Positions 38,801 through 46,979 of a stretch of DNA of 54,873 nucleotides are shown in pieces. How positions within the stretch are numbered: the stretch's first letter is position 1; every line of letters begins with the position of its first letter. The stretch spans positions 1 to 54,873 of the forward strand of contig JAGLIO010000028.1 in the NCBI GenBank assembly GCA_023142915.1. Direction: 5' to 3'. Below the pieces are notes generated by a model. That model was not told where the DNA came from. It saw only the letters and a list, made by a program, of their open reading frames with translations, and did no database searches. This DNA comes from Candidatus Parcubacteria bacterium (GTDB lineage: Bacteria; Patescibacteriota; Patescibacteriia; Patescibacteriales; UBA12075). The position numbers and the translations under genes are program-made.

Positions 38801-39541
38801 ATGATTAAAACAAAGACGGAGATTTTCGTTAAACTAAAAAACTATTGCCAAAAACACAAAGAAGATAGATTGTATTTTACAAAAAGTCGCGCACCTTTTT
38901 ACGAACTGGCAGGAAAATATTTGCCTAACGATAAAAATGCAATTGTGGCAGATATTGGATGTTCAGATTGTTCTTTTGCAAGATTTTTAGAGTTAGATGA
39001 AAAATATACTAATTTTTATAATCTTGATAAAGTTGATGATATTATTAATAGTTATCCCAACGCGCGCAATTATCTTGCGCCGGAAAGACTTCCATTTGAC
39101 AATAATACAGTAAGCTATATTCATTGCAGTCATTTAATAGAACATTTAAATATAGATGATGCGTATGAATTAGTAAGAGAAATGAATCGCGTTTTAAAGA
39201 AAGACGGTATATTGGTTATATCCGCCCCTTTGTTCAATAGACTGTTTTTTGAGCACCCTTTTCACGTTAAAATTTACAGCCCTTTATTTTTCCAGTTATG
39301 CTTGGTTGATCGTAAAAATATTGGATATGAAGGAGCGGAAGGCGACATAATTTCCAAAAAATATAAAATAGAGAAAGTTGTTTATCGCTATGCGCAGACT
39401 TCGGTTGAGAGGCTTTGGTATTCTGATTATTGCATAATTGAGTTTTTTATTAAAGCGTATTTACGTTTATTACGTTTCCTTAAATTTCGTAAATTTCATA
39501 GAGATGCTTACACAATGGTACTTAAAAAAATGGGGGAATGA
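38801..39541 (+). CDS. class I SAM-dependent methyltransferase (Methyltransf_11-like)
   Basis: VADIGCSDCSFA, IHCSHLIEHL and DGILVISAP. Confidence 0.7.
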   Translation: MIKTKTEIFVKLKNYCQKHKEDRLYFTKSRAPFYELAGKYLPNDKNAIVADIGCSDCSFARFLELDEKYTNFYNLDKVDDIINSYPNARNYLAPERLPFDNNTVSYIHCSHLIEHLNIDDAYELVREMNRVLKKDGILVISAPLFNRLFFEHPFHVKIYSPLFFQLCLVDRKNIGYEGAEGDIISKKYKIEKVVYRYAQTSVERLWYSDYCIIEFFIKAYLRLLRFLKFRKFHRDAYTMVLKKMGE

Positions 39542-39550
39542 GCATTTGAT

Positions 39551-40798
39551 TTATATTTTTTTAAAAAGATAATATAGCAATAAATTATTAATAATAGAAG
39601 ACGCTAGCAAAGCAATGATGGCGCCCCATATTCCGTAGATTGGCAAAAGGCAAGCCAAGAGGATAATTTTAAGCGCGGGACCGAAAATATTTATAATATA
39701 TAGGCTTTTTTGTTTAACCTTGGCAACCAAGGGGTGAGCCAGTAATCTCAAGGGGAATAATAACAAAGTCAAAGAAAAAAGCCATGAGTATTTTACAGAG
39801 TCCGTATATCCGCTAAAAAATATTTTATAAAAATATGTGGAAAGCAGGATATATATAATAATAATCGCGATTAAAATAACCATGAATTTTAATATTTTAA
39901 TCGGCAGAGTTTTTTTGGTTATGTTTACATCTTGACCGGATATTTTAGGGAAAGCCATTATAGATATGGATTTTAAAAATGACTGAATTTGCGTAATCGG
40001 TATTGTGGCAAACGAGTATATTGCCAGTTGAGCCGGACCTAAAAAATGCCACATTAATATTTTATCAAATTGATCGGCAATCAAGCCTAAAACGCTCATA
40101 AAACTTAAATGTTTTCCAAAAGAAATCGTTTTTGGATCTTCTTTGTCGTTGGGGTGGTATTTTTTATACGTTCTGATTAGCAAAATAAATTTTATTAAGA
40201 GATTGGCGAAAAAGTAAGCGAAAACAATAAGAATAATATTCGGGTATATTAATAATACGGCAAGAATAAAAATGGCAACTGTTATTTGGCTGATTACGCT
40301 GTATTGGCTTAAAGTTTTAAATAATTTTCTTCCTTCTAAAAAAGGGCTGTAAACTATGGAATTTATTAACGGAGAAAATAACGCTGCAAAAAGAAAACTA
40401 ATGCCAAGCGTATTGTTTTCATTGATAAAATAATAAGCGGAAACAATTAATCCGGCAGCAAGCCCCAAAAGGCTCCATTTCATTTTTATTTTTATTACTT
40501 TTTTTAATGAGCCTTCGTAGCCGTTAATTATGCTTCTAGCCAAAGATATGTCCATGCCGGTTAGCGCTGTTATCCCAAAAAGGCTTGATATGGATAATAT
40601 GTATTTATATTGTCCATATGTTTCTTGAGGGAGAAGATTCGCGTACGCGATAGCCAAGGCAAACGCGGTAAAACTCCCAACTATCTTACTCCCGGTCAGC
40701 CAAAAACCGCCTTTTGCCAAATAAACCATATCGGTTTTGGTCCATTTCTCGGAAAGGCGGAGGAGCTTGTAGGTTTTTTGTTTTAGGCTGTTTGGCAT
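39551..40798 (-). CDS. Wzx-like oligosaccharide flippase (MOP superfamily polysaccharide biosynthesis protein)
   Basis: 415 aa with about 12 TM segments. N-terminal LAKGGFWLTGSKIVGSFTAFALAIAYANLL, typical of Polysacc_synt proteins. Confidence 0.75.
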   Translation of the reverse strand: MPNSLKQKTYKLLRLSEKWTKTDMVYLAKGGFWLTGSKIVGSFTAFALAIAYANLLPQETYGQYKYILSISSLFGITALTGMDISLARSIINGYEGSLKKVIKIKMKWSLLGLAAGLIVSAYYFINENNTLGISFLFAALFSPLINSIVYSPFLEGRKLFKTLSQYSVISQITVAIFILAVLLIYPNIILIVFAYFFANLLIKFILLIRTYKKYHPNDKEDPKTISFGKHLSFMSVLGLIADQFDKILMWHFLGPAQLAIYSFATIPITQIQSFLKSISIMAFPKISGQDVNITKKTLPIKILKFMVILIAIIIIYILLSTYFYKIFFSGYTDSVKYSWLFSLTLLLFPLRLLAHPLVAKVKQKSLYIINIFGPALKIILLACLLPIYGIWGAIIALLASSIINNLLLYYLFKKI

Positions 40799-40919
40799 TA
40801 AATCTATTTTTAAACTTTATAACTCCAATTTAGCAGTATTTTTGGAGTTTGTCATGCCATTTTTACATATTTTATAGGTTTTTTGTTTTAGATCGTTTAG
40901 CATTAATATTTATCGGAAA

Positions 40920-42170
40920 TTATTTTTTTGTATTTGCGTTTTCAGGCAATGATGATAGCCATTGGTCAGCTGTTGCAACTAATATTTTATTATCATTATT
41001 TTTTTGTATTCTGTAAATATTTTGCTTATTTACTAATTGTATTGCCGGTATATTCAGTATATTTTGAAAATTAATTAATGATTTTGATATTTTTGTGTCT
41101 GAATTTTTTGTTTCTATAAGCATAATCGGAGCGTTATTGTTGCTAATCGCAAAATCAACCTCTTCTTTCTCTTTATTTCTTATATAATGAAGTTTAAAAT
41201 TTCCATATCCGGATTCATTCCAGTAATGGATTATCCTGTATAATTCTACCGCAACCATGTTTTCAAATCTTTCTCCCTCTTCTTGGATTATAGGATAATT
41301 AAAAAGGTATATTTTTTTTTCTTTGGTTATCGCACGCGATATTTTTTTTGTCCACGGAGATAATTTAAAAGTTAAATATGTTGTATCAAATAGATTGAGC
41401 CAATCTTGCGCTGTTTTATTGGCAATTTGTATATCGTTGGCTAAGTTGTTTACGGAAATCGGACTGCCGACTTTTGAGGGGAGCAATGAGAATAATATTT
41501 CCACATTGTTTACATTTTTAATGTTTGATATATCTCTAATATCTTCGCGTATAATTTGATTTGTATAATTTTTCGTCCATTTTGTCCAAAATGTTTTTTT
41601 GTTTTTCGCAAACGGTTCGGGAAATCCGCTTAATTCAAATAATTTTTTCCAATTTTTGCGTGTTGTTGCCAGGTTGTTAATTTGAAAATTACTAATAGGG
41701 TCTTTAATAAAATTGGAAAATAGCCTTTTTTTTGCGCTTAATTCCGAAATAGTGAATGGAAATAAATGGAACATTAAATATCTGCCAGCCAAAGAATCTC
41801 CTCCTTTTTGATAAGTGTCCAGCCGTCCGCTTCCTGAAATCAAGAATAGGTATTCTTGAAAAAATTCGTCATAAATTCCTTTTAAATAATTTTTCCAATT
41901 TTTATATTTATGTATTTCATCAAAAATAATAAATGGCTTTGAATTGTCAATTCTGTTTATGTTTTCAAAAAATGTAGGGTTTTTTATTAGAATTTTTTTA
42001 TTAGACAATATATCCCAATTAAAATAAAAATTATTTTTAAAATTTTGCGCGATTTCTTTGGTTAATGTTGTTTTTCCAGCTTGTCTCGGACCAGCTAAAA
42101 AAACCATCTCTTTTTCTTGAGATTGCTCCTTCCATAGGCTTAAATAGGATTTTCTTTTTATATTTTTCAT
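40920..42170 (-). CDS. AAA-type ATPase with DUF4143-like C-terminal domain (COG1373-type)
   Basis: Walker A LAGPRQAGKTTL and Walker B FIIFDEIHKY. C-terminal EVDFAI region, typical of the nuclease-fold DUF4143. Confidence 0.8.
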   Translation of the reverse strand: MKNIKRKSYLSLWKEQSQEKEMVFLAGPRQAGKTTLTKEIAQNFKNNFYFNWDILSNKKILIKNPTFFENINRIDNSKPFIIFDEIHKYKNWKNYLKGIYDEFFQEYLFLISGSGRLDTYQKGGDSLAGRYLMFHLFPFTISELSAKKRLFSNFIKDPISNFQINNLATTRKNWKKLFELSGFPEPFAKNKKTFWTKWTKNYTNQIIREDIRDISNIKNVNNVEILFSLLPSKVGSPISVNNLANDIQIANKTAQDWLNLFDTTYLTFKLSPWTKKISRAITKEKKIYLFNYPIIQEEGERFENMVAVELYRIIHYWNESGYGNFKLHYIRNKEKEEVDFAISNNNAPIMLIETKNSDTKISKSLINFQNILNIPAIQLVNKQNIYRIQKNNDNKILVATADQWLSSLPENANTKK

Positions 42171-42176
42171 GTCTTA

Positions 42177-42205
42177 ATCGTATCACTAAACTTTAAAAAA
42201 GTCAA
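42177..42205 (-). promoter_or_regulatory. sigma70-like promoter for the ATPase gene (TTGACT-N17-TGaTACGAT), implies a near-leaderless mRNA
   Basis: Minus-strand ttgact (42205-42200) and tacgat (42182-42177). Only 6 nt separate the -10 from ATG 42170. Confidence 0.4.
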
Positions 42206-42302
42206 GACTTTTTGGGAATATAGTTTAAAAAAGTCGCTAAAGTTTTTGCGATTTACGGATTTTTAGAGACGTAAAAGAATTTTTTGTTAATAGCCGTTTG
42301 TT

Positions 42303-43475
42303 TTATTTTTTCTGTCTGCATGTTTTTTGTTTTATGTTGTAAAACGAATAAAAAGCCAAGATAATCATTAACGGAATTATAGGCAAAGTGTAGCGCGGAT
42401 AGGGATGCAGTACGACGTGCAATGCCCATGAGTATAAGATAACCAGCCATAATATTGTTATATTTGTTTTGCGGTAAAAGCGAATAGACAGAAAAAATAA
42501 AGCTAGCAAAATATAAAATTCTATTTTATAGGCAATGATTAAAATATTTGCTTTGGGGTGGTTTTTTATTACATCTTCAGCTTGAGTGCCATTGGCGCCT
42601 GACTCCCAAAAACGATAAATATTTTTTAATTTTATTGATATAATTTTAGAAGCGGTAACCTTTGCCTCAGGTTCATACCCGGGAGTTTTATAATGCGCCC
42701 ACTCATAAATATAGGTTTTATTATCATCATTATATATTTCCGTTAAGGTGGATGTAACCGGAGTAAATACTCCGGTTTTGCTTGTCGCGAAAACAGTCCA
42801 TGGAAGGATTGTAAGAATATATATGGCTATAACAAAAATTATTTTTTTAAAATAATTATTTTTGATAATCGGTTTTTTCTTTATTAAAAGAATAAAAATA
42901 AAAAATCCAAATAGCCAAAAAAGGAGAAGCAGGCTGGTTGGGCGAGTTAAAGCGCTAAGTCCTGATATCGCGCCCAAAATAATAATATTTTTAGTATTGG
43001 GGTTTTGCCAGAATTTAAGCAAGAAATAAATTGACCAAGTCAATAGAAAAGTAAATAATATTTCCGTCATTATTTGATTGGCATATACGCTAAAGTATGG
43101 CCAAAAAACAATAATTAAAGCAGGCAGAAACGATTGCAGGCGTGATAATTTTAAGAATTTATAACTGATTAAAAAAACCGCATAACTGATTCCGCTAAGC
43201 AAAATAAATTGGCAAAAATAAAATATATTATAATTCTGCCCGAATATTTTAAAAACTAAAGCCAAAAAAAACGGCAGACCGGGTGGTAATAAAATATCAC
43301 CAACGATTGGATATGTGTTGCTATTTACCAAACTTAGAGCCGCCTCATTATACTTAGGCCCGTCGCCAGCCAATGGGTTTGCAAGAAATTTAACCGTAAT
43401 TAATCCTATTATAGAAGTTAGCAGGAGGATTGTTAGGTAGTAGTATAGAGTTGGGGTGTTTGGTGTTTTTTTCAT
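42303..43475 (-). CDS. GT-C fold membrane glycosyltransferase (ArnT/PMT_2-like; GtrV-like role)
   Basis: GDGPKYNEAALSL, LPPGLPFFLAL, multiple TM segments. Confidence 0.7.
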   Translation of the reverse strand: MKKTPNTPTLYYYLTILLLTSIIGLITVKFLANPLAGDGPKYNEAALSLVNSNTYPIVGDILLPPGLPFFLALVFKIFGQNYNIFYFCQFILLSGISYAVFLISYKFLKLSRLQSFLPALIIVFWPYFSVYANQIMTEILFTFLLTWSIYFLLKFWQNPNTKNIIILGAISGLSALTRPTSLLLLFWLFGFFIFILLIKKKPIIKNNYFKKIIFVIAIYILTILPWTVFATSKTGVFTPVTSTLTEIYNDDNKTYIYEWAHYKTPGYEPEAKVTASKIISIKLKNIYRFWESGANGTQAEDVIKNHPKANILIIAYKIEFYILLALFFLSIRFYRKTNITILWLVILYSWALHVVLHPYPRYTLPIIPLMIILAFYSFYNIKQKTCRQKK

Positions 43476-43478
43476 TTT

Positions 43479-43844
43479 TTATTTAAAAATCCAAGTACGT
43501 AATACAAGAAATCTTATTAATCCCAAAAAGACAATATTGCAAATAATTGCTAGTAAATAATGTATGTTCAAATATTCTATTAATAAATTAAAGAAAATAT
43601 TATTTATAAACCAAAAAATTATCAAGTAAATGCAAAATTTTAATATCCTTTTTTTATTAGATTGAGTATCAAATACAAATTTTGTGTAGATAAAGTAGGT
43701 GCTGATATAAATAATTGTTATTGAGATAAAATAGGAAAATATTTTTGAGCATCTCAATATTTCTACAAAAAATAAAGTAGATAAAAATAAAAAAATATAG
43801 CCAAAAATTGTTACCAAGCCATATTTTAATAAATTTGCAAACAT
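43479..43844 (-). CDS. GtrA-family small membrane protein
   Basis: 121 aa with 4 TM segments. Characteristic TKFVFD and RTWIFK ends of the TM pairs. Confidence 0.7.
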   Translation of the reverse strand: MFANLLKYGLVTIFGYIFLFLSTLFFVEILRCSKIFSYFISITIIYISTYFIYTKFVFDTQSNKKRILKFCIYLIIFWFINNIFFNLLIEYLNIHYLLAIICNIVFLGLIRFLVLRTWIFK

Positions 43845-43867
43845 ATATTCTACGCTAAATAGTTGGG

Positions 43868-44587
43868 TTATAATATTTTTTTTGCGGTATAGAATTGTCT
43901 AATACCCAATTCTTTTATTGGTGTATTTTGAAATATGTTAATTATTTTTTCTCCAAATTGTTGCAAAAATTTTGGTCCGGCAGGAATTAATAAAGTACCA
44001 CTATGTTCAATGATTTTAAATCGAGCATTTTTTAATAGATTTTTTACTTCTTTTGACGGCATAAATCGATGCGGACCCTCTCCGTGATTTTCAAAAAATA
44101 ATTCATAAATTTTTAAAGGAATTTCAGCTGTTTTTGGTGGAAGACTCATTACTAACGTTCCTCCTGGTTTTAGTACTCGATAAAATTCTGTTATTAATTT
44201 TTTTGGATTTGGTGAATGTTCAAGAGTCTCTAATGATAAAATTGCATCAAAATAATTAGTGTCAAATTGTAAATTTTGTAAATCTGTAATCATTAATTTT
44301 TCATTTGGATATTTTTTTTGGGTAATTTTAATCATTTCTGGAGATACCTCAAGATTATATAAATTAATTTTTGGATATTCTTTTTTTAGGTATGAAATAG
44401 CATTTCCCGTTCTTGACCAAATGTTTAAAATTTTCTCTTCTTTATTTTTATTTATGTTAAGGCGATTAACACTCTTGACAAATCTTTGGTAATGAGAGTC
44501 TCCTATTTTACTATTTATCCTGTCGTATTCGCTTGCAACATTATCCCAAAATTTTTTTACTTCTTCAATTGTAAAATTATTTTTCAT
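43868..44587 (-). CDS. class I SAM-dependent methyltransferase
   Basis: ILNIWSRTGNA, LSLETLEHSPNP and LKPGGTLVMSLP. Confidence 0.75.
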   Translation of the reverse strand: MKNNFTIEEVKKFWDNVASEYDRINSKIGDSHYQRFVKSVNRLNINKNKEEKILNIWSRTGNAISYLKKEYPKINLYNLEVSPEMIKITQKKYPNEKLMITDLQNLQFDTNYFDAILSLETLEHSPNPKKLITEFYRVLKPGGTLVMSLPPKTAEIPLKIYELFFENHGEGPHRFMPSKEVKNLLKNARFKIIEHSGTLLIPAGPKFLQQFGEKIINIFQNTPIKELGIRQFYTAKKIL

Positions 44588-45920
44588 AAGACGTTATTTT
44601 AAATTTTAAATTTTTTATATTATTTTTTTTAGTAGATTTTGTTCTTTTTTTCCATATATTCCTAGCCTGTATAAAAATTTTTCCAGTTATTGCTGGAGGT
44701 ATTATTTCAAGCAGGTAAATAATGACCTTGGATCGAAATATTTTAAATAAAATTATTAATAGAAGTTCAAATCTTTTTCTTCCTGCTGGAATATTAGTTG
44801 GTTTATAGCCATAATCCGGCGCTGGCAATCCATCTTTTTTTCTTTTTGCAATTCGTATAAATGAACCTCGTTTTTTAAAATCAAGACCATGCGAATGCAT
44901 TTTAATTAGTTCATCTTCTGATATTTCGTTTAAAGAGAGCAATTCTTTATTTTTTATTTCATTTAGTAAAGATTCCCCCTTGTTATTTCTGCTGATAATA
45001 ACCGACCATCCTTCACCTCTTTTTTCATAAACAGGAGCCCAGGCATCACCAACCGATATATCGGCTAGTTCGCTCATATAGTCGACTTGATAAAATGAAT
45101 ATTTAGTTATATGGGATGGTATTAAGTAATTCGCATAAAATTTTGGAATAGATATAATTTTGTTATTTATTAAATCTATTTTCATATGTCCCGGCCATTC
45201 TCCGTCTCTAAATTTTAAAGATTTTATTTGATCTAAATTTTTTATTCCATGTGCCTTAAGAAAACTCTTTATTGCGTTAAATTTTATAGTATTTCCATGA
45301 AAAATACCTAAGATATAATTGATATTTTTTACCGTTTCATGGTTTATTATTTGCAATTTTCTTATTGCTGCTATTTGTTCTGGTAGCCCAGTGTATGATA
45401 GAGATTTATATTTTCCGGGAAGTTCTGCAAGAATTTGATTTATCGGAGTGACCGTGTATTTGCTTTGCGCGCCGGAAATAATATCATCAATTGAATTCGC
45501 GATAATTGGTTTTGCTAAGTACGGCTTGTCTTTTCTCATTTTAGTCGTTATCGCACCATTAATTTTGTTGTTTTCAAATAAATATTTTTGTATTCCCGTT
45601 ATGACACCTCCAGAAGAAGCATTTTTTCTAATATTTTTATTATTATAATGACCTACATATATTTTTTTGTAGTTTCCGATTAACCAATTTTTTGGCAATT
45701 TTCCAAAAACCTCCTTATTTAATAAGGGATAATTTAAATATCTATCGCAACAAGCGCTATATGCTACCTCGGGTACATCATCATCTGAGATTTTTTCTAT
45801 TTTATAATTTCCTTGATTTTCTTTGAATTTTAATATTCCTTTTGATAAACCAACAATAGTACCAGAGCATGAAAATAAATCAGTATTTATTATTTCATTT
45901 TTAATTTTTTTCCACCACAT
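44577..45920 (-). CDS. coenzyme F420 hydrogenase/dehydrogenase beta-subunit-like (FrhB/FdhB family) protein
   Basis: ASSGGVITGIQKYL, GLPEQIAAIRKL and ELADISVGDAW. Confidence 0.7.
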   Translation of the reverse strand: MWWKKIKNEIINTDLFSCSGTIVGLSKGILKFKENQGNYKIEKISDDDVPEVAYSACCDRYLNYPLLNKEVFGKLPKNWLIGNYKKIYVGHYNNKNIRKNASSGGVITGIQKYLFENNKINGAITTKMRKDKPYLAKPIIANSIDDIISGAQSKYTVTPINQILAELPGKYKSLSYTGLPEQIAAIRKLQIINHETVKNINYILGIFHGNTIKFNAIKSFLKAHGIKNLDQIKSLKFRDGEWPGHMKIDLINNKIISIPKFYANYLIPSHITKYSFYQVDYMSELADISVGDAWAPVYEKRGEGWSVIISRNNKGESLLNEIKNKELLSLNEISEDELIKMHSHGLDFKKRGSFIRIAKRKKDGLPAPDYGYKPTNIPAGRKRFELLLIILFKIFRSKVIIYLLEIIPPAITGKIFIQARNIWKKRTKSTKKNNIKNLKFKITSYEK

Positions 45921-45928
45921 TTAATATA

Positions 45929-46801
45929 TTACAATTTCATTTCACGACGTATAGAGGCAAGCTGATCCGCTATTAATCCGATAAAAAAGAAAAGAATTGC
46001 ATTTATGAATAAAATTAGAGTGCTTTCGCTCAAATTAAAATTATATATAAAAAAATCAACGCTTAATGAAATTAGCATTGCGAAAAAGATAATAATTGAT
46101 GTTGGCAAAAATATTTTTAATGGAGAAAAAAGCATAATTATTCTAAAAATTAAATTTATTGCTTTAAATCCATCTATTATTTTTACGCTACTTTTCCCTT
46201 GGCGAATTTTTACGTCAATTGGAACATATTTTACATTTAACCCTTGTTTTAAAAATGCAAGTGTTATTGTCGTGCTTAATGAAAAACTGTCAGGGTATAA
46301 ATGCAAGAATTTATTAAAATATTTTTTCTTTACTATTCTTAATCCAGAATTAAGGTCTGCAATTTTAAAATTTACTAAATAATTAGCTATTAAATTAATT
46401 ATTTTTTTCCCTGGTTGACGCCATAGTGGACCATTGTATTTATTACGGCTACCTATTATCATTTCATAATTTTTTGAATATTTTAATAATTTTTCAAGAT
46501 TTTTCGGCGTATGTTGATCGTCGCCGTCATAGAATATTAAATATTCGCCGTTTGAATATTTTGCACCCAATTTTAACGAAGAGCCATATCCTTTGTTGTA
46601 TGGATTTTGAAGAAAATTATAATTTTTAATATCCAATTTTTTTAAAATGGTTGCAGTTTTGTCTGTTGAGCCATCATCGATAACAATTATTTCGTAATTA
46701 TTTGGCATTTTTTTTTCCAAGAATAATGACAAATTAGCAACAACTATCTTTATGGCTTTTTCTTCATTAAAACAAGGAACTATTACGCTATATTTTATCA
46801 T
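45929..46801 (-). CDS. GT2 polyprenyl-phosphate glycosyltransferase (GtrB/ArnC-like, C-terminal TM helices)
   Basis: YSVIVPCFNEEKAI, IIVIDDGSTDKT, LIFYDGDDQH and two C-terminal TM helices. Confidence 0.85.
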   Translation of the reverse strand: MIKYSVIVPCFNEEKAIKIVVANLSLFLEKKMPNNYEIIVIDDGSTDKTATILKKLDIKNYNFLQNPYNKGYGSSLKLGAKYSNGEYLIFYDGDDQHTPKNLEKLLKYSKNYEMIIGSRNKYNGPLWRQPGKKIINLIANYLVNFKIADLNSGLRIVKKKYFNKFLHLYPDSFSLSTTITLAFLKQGLNVKYVPIDVKIRQGKSSVKIIDGFKAINLIFRIIMLFSPLKIFLPTSIIIFFAMLISLSVDFFIYNFNLSESTLILFINAILFFFIGLIADQLASIRREMKL

Positions 46802-46934
46802 AAATAGAGATTTTAAATAATCAATTAAATAATATATTAATTATATATTTTCTATATAATTATTGCAATAGAATATTTAATTTTGTAAAAAATTAAAAGC
46901 ATGTTATTATAAAATTATAATAATTAAGGAGGGG

Positions 46935-46971
46935 TAATGATTGCTTTCTCGTAAAGCAATCATTATTTTTT
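46935..46971 (+). terminator. strong intrinsic-terminator-like hairpin in the 5' leader of the LamG/phosphoesterase gene
   Basis: 13-bp perfect stem taatgattgcttt / aaagcaatcatta (46935-46947 / 46953-46965), 5-nt loop, then T6 (46966-46971). It ends 9 nt before ATG 46980. Confidence 0.6.
46937..46954 (+). other. 5-codon upstream ORF (MIAFS*) behind a perfect AAGGAGG
   Basis: aaggagg at 46926-46932, then atg att gct ttc tcg taa at 46937-46954. It is embedded in the hairpin below. Confidence 0.3.
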
Positions 46972-46979
46972 AAAAATTT

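Noticed and set aside
42192-42235. A 12-nt direct repeat tttaaaaaagtc (42192 and 42224) and the palindrome aaaaagtc-aa-gacttttt (42196-42213), read as a terminator for the GT-C operon.
   Set aside because: The stem is A/T-only with a 2-nt loop, so it is weak as a terminator. It is kept only as context for the ATPase promoter region.
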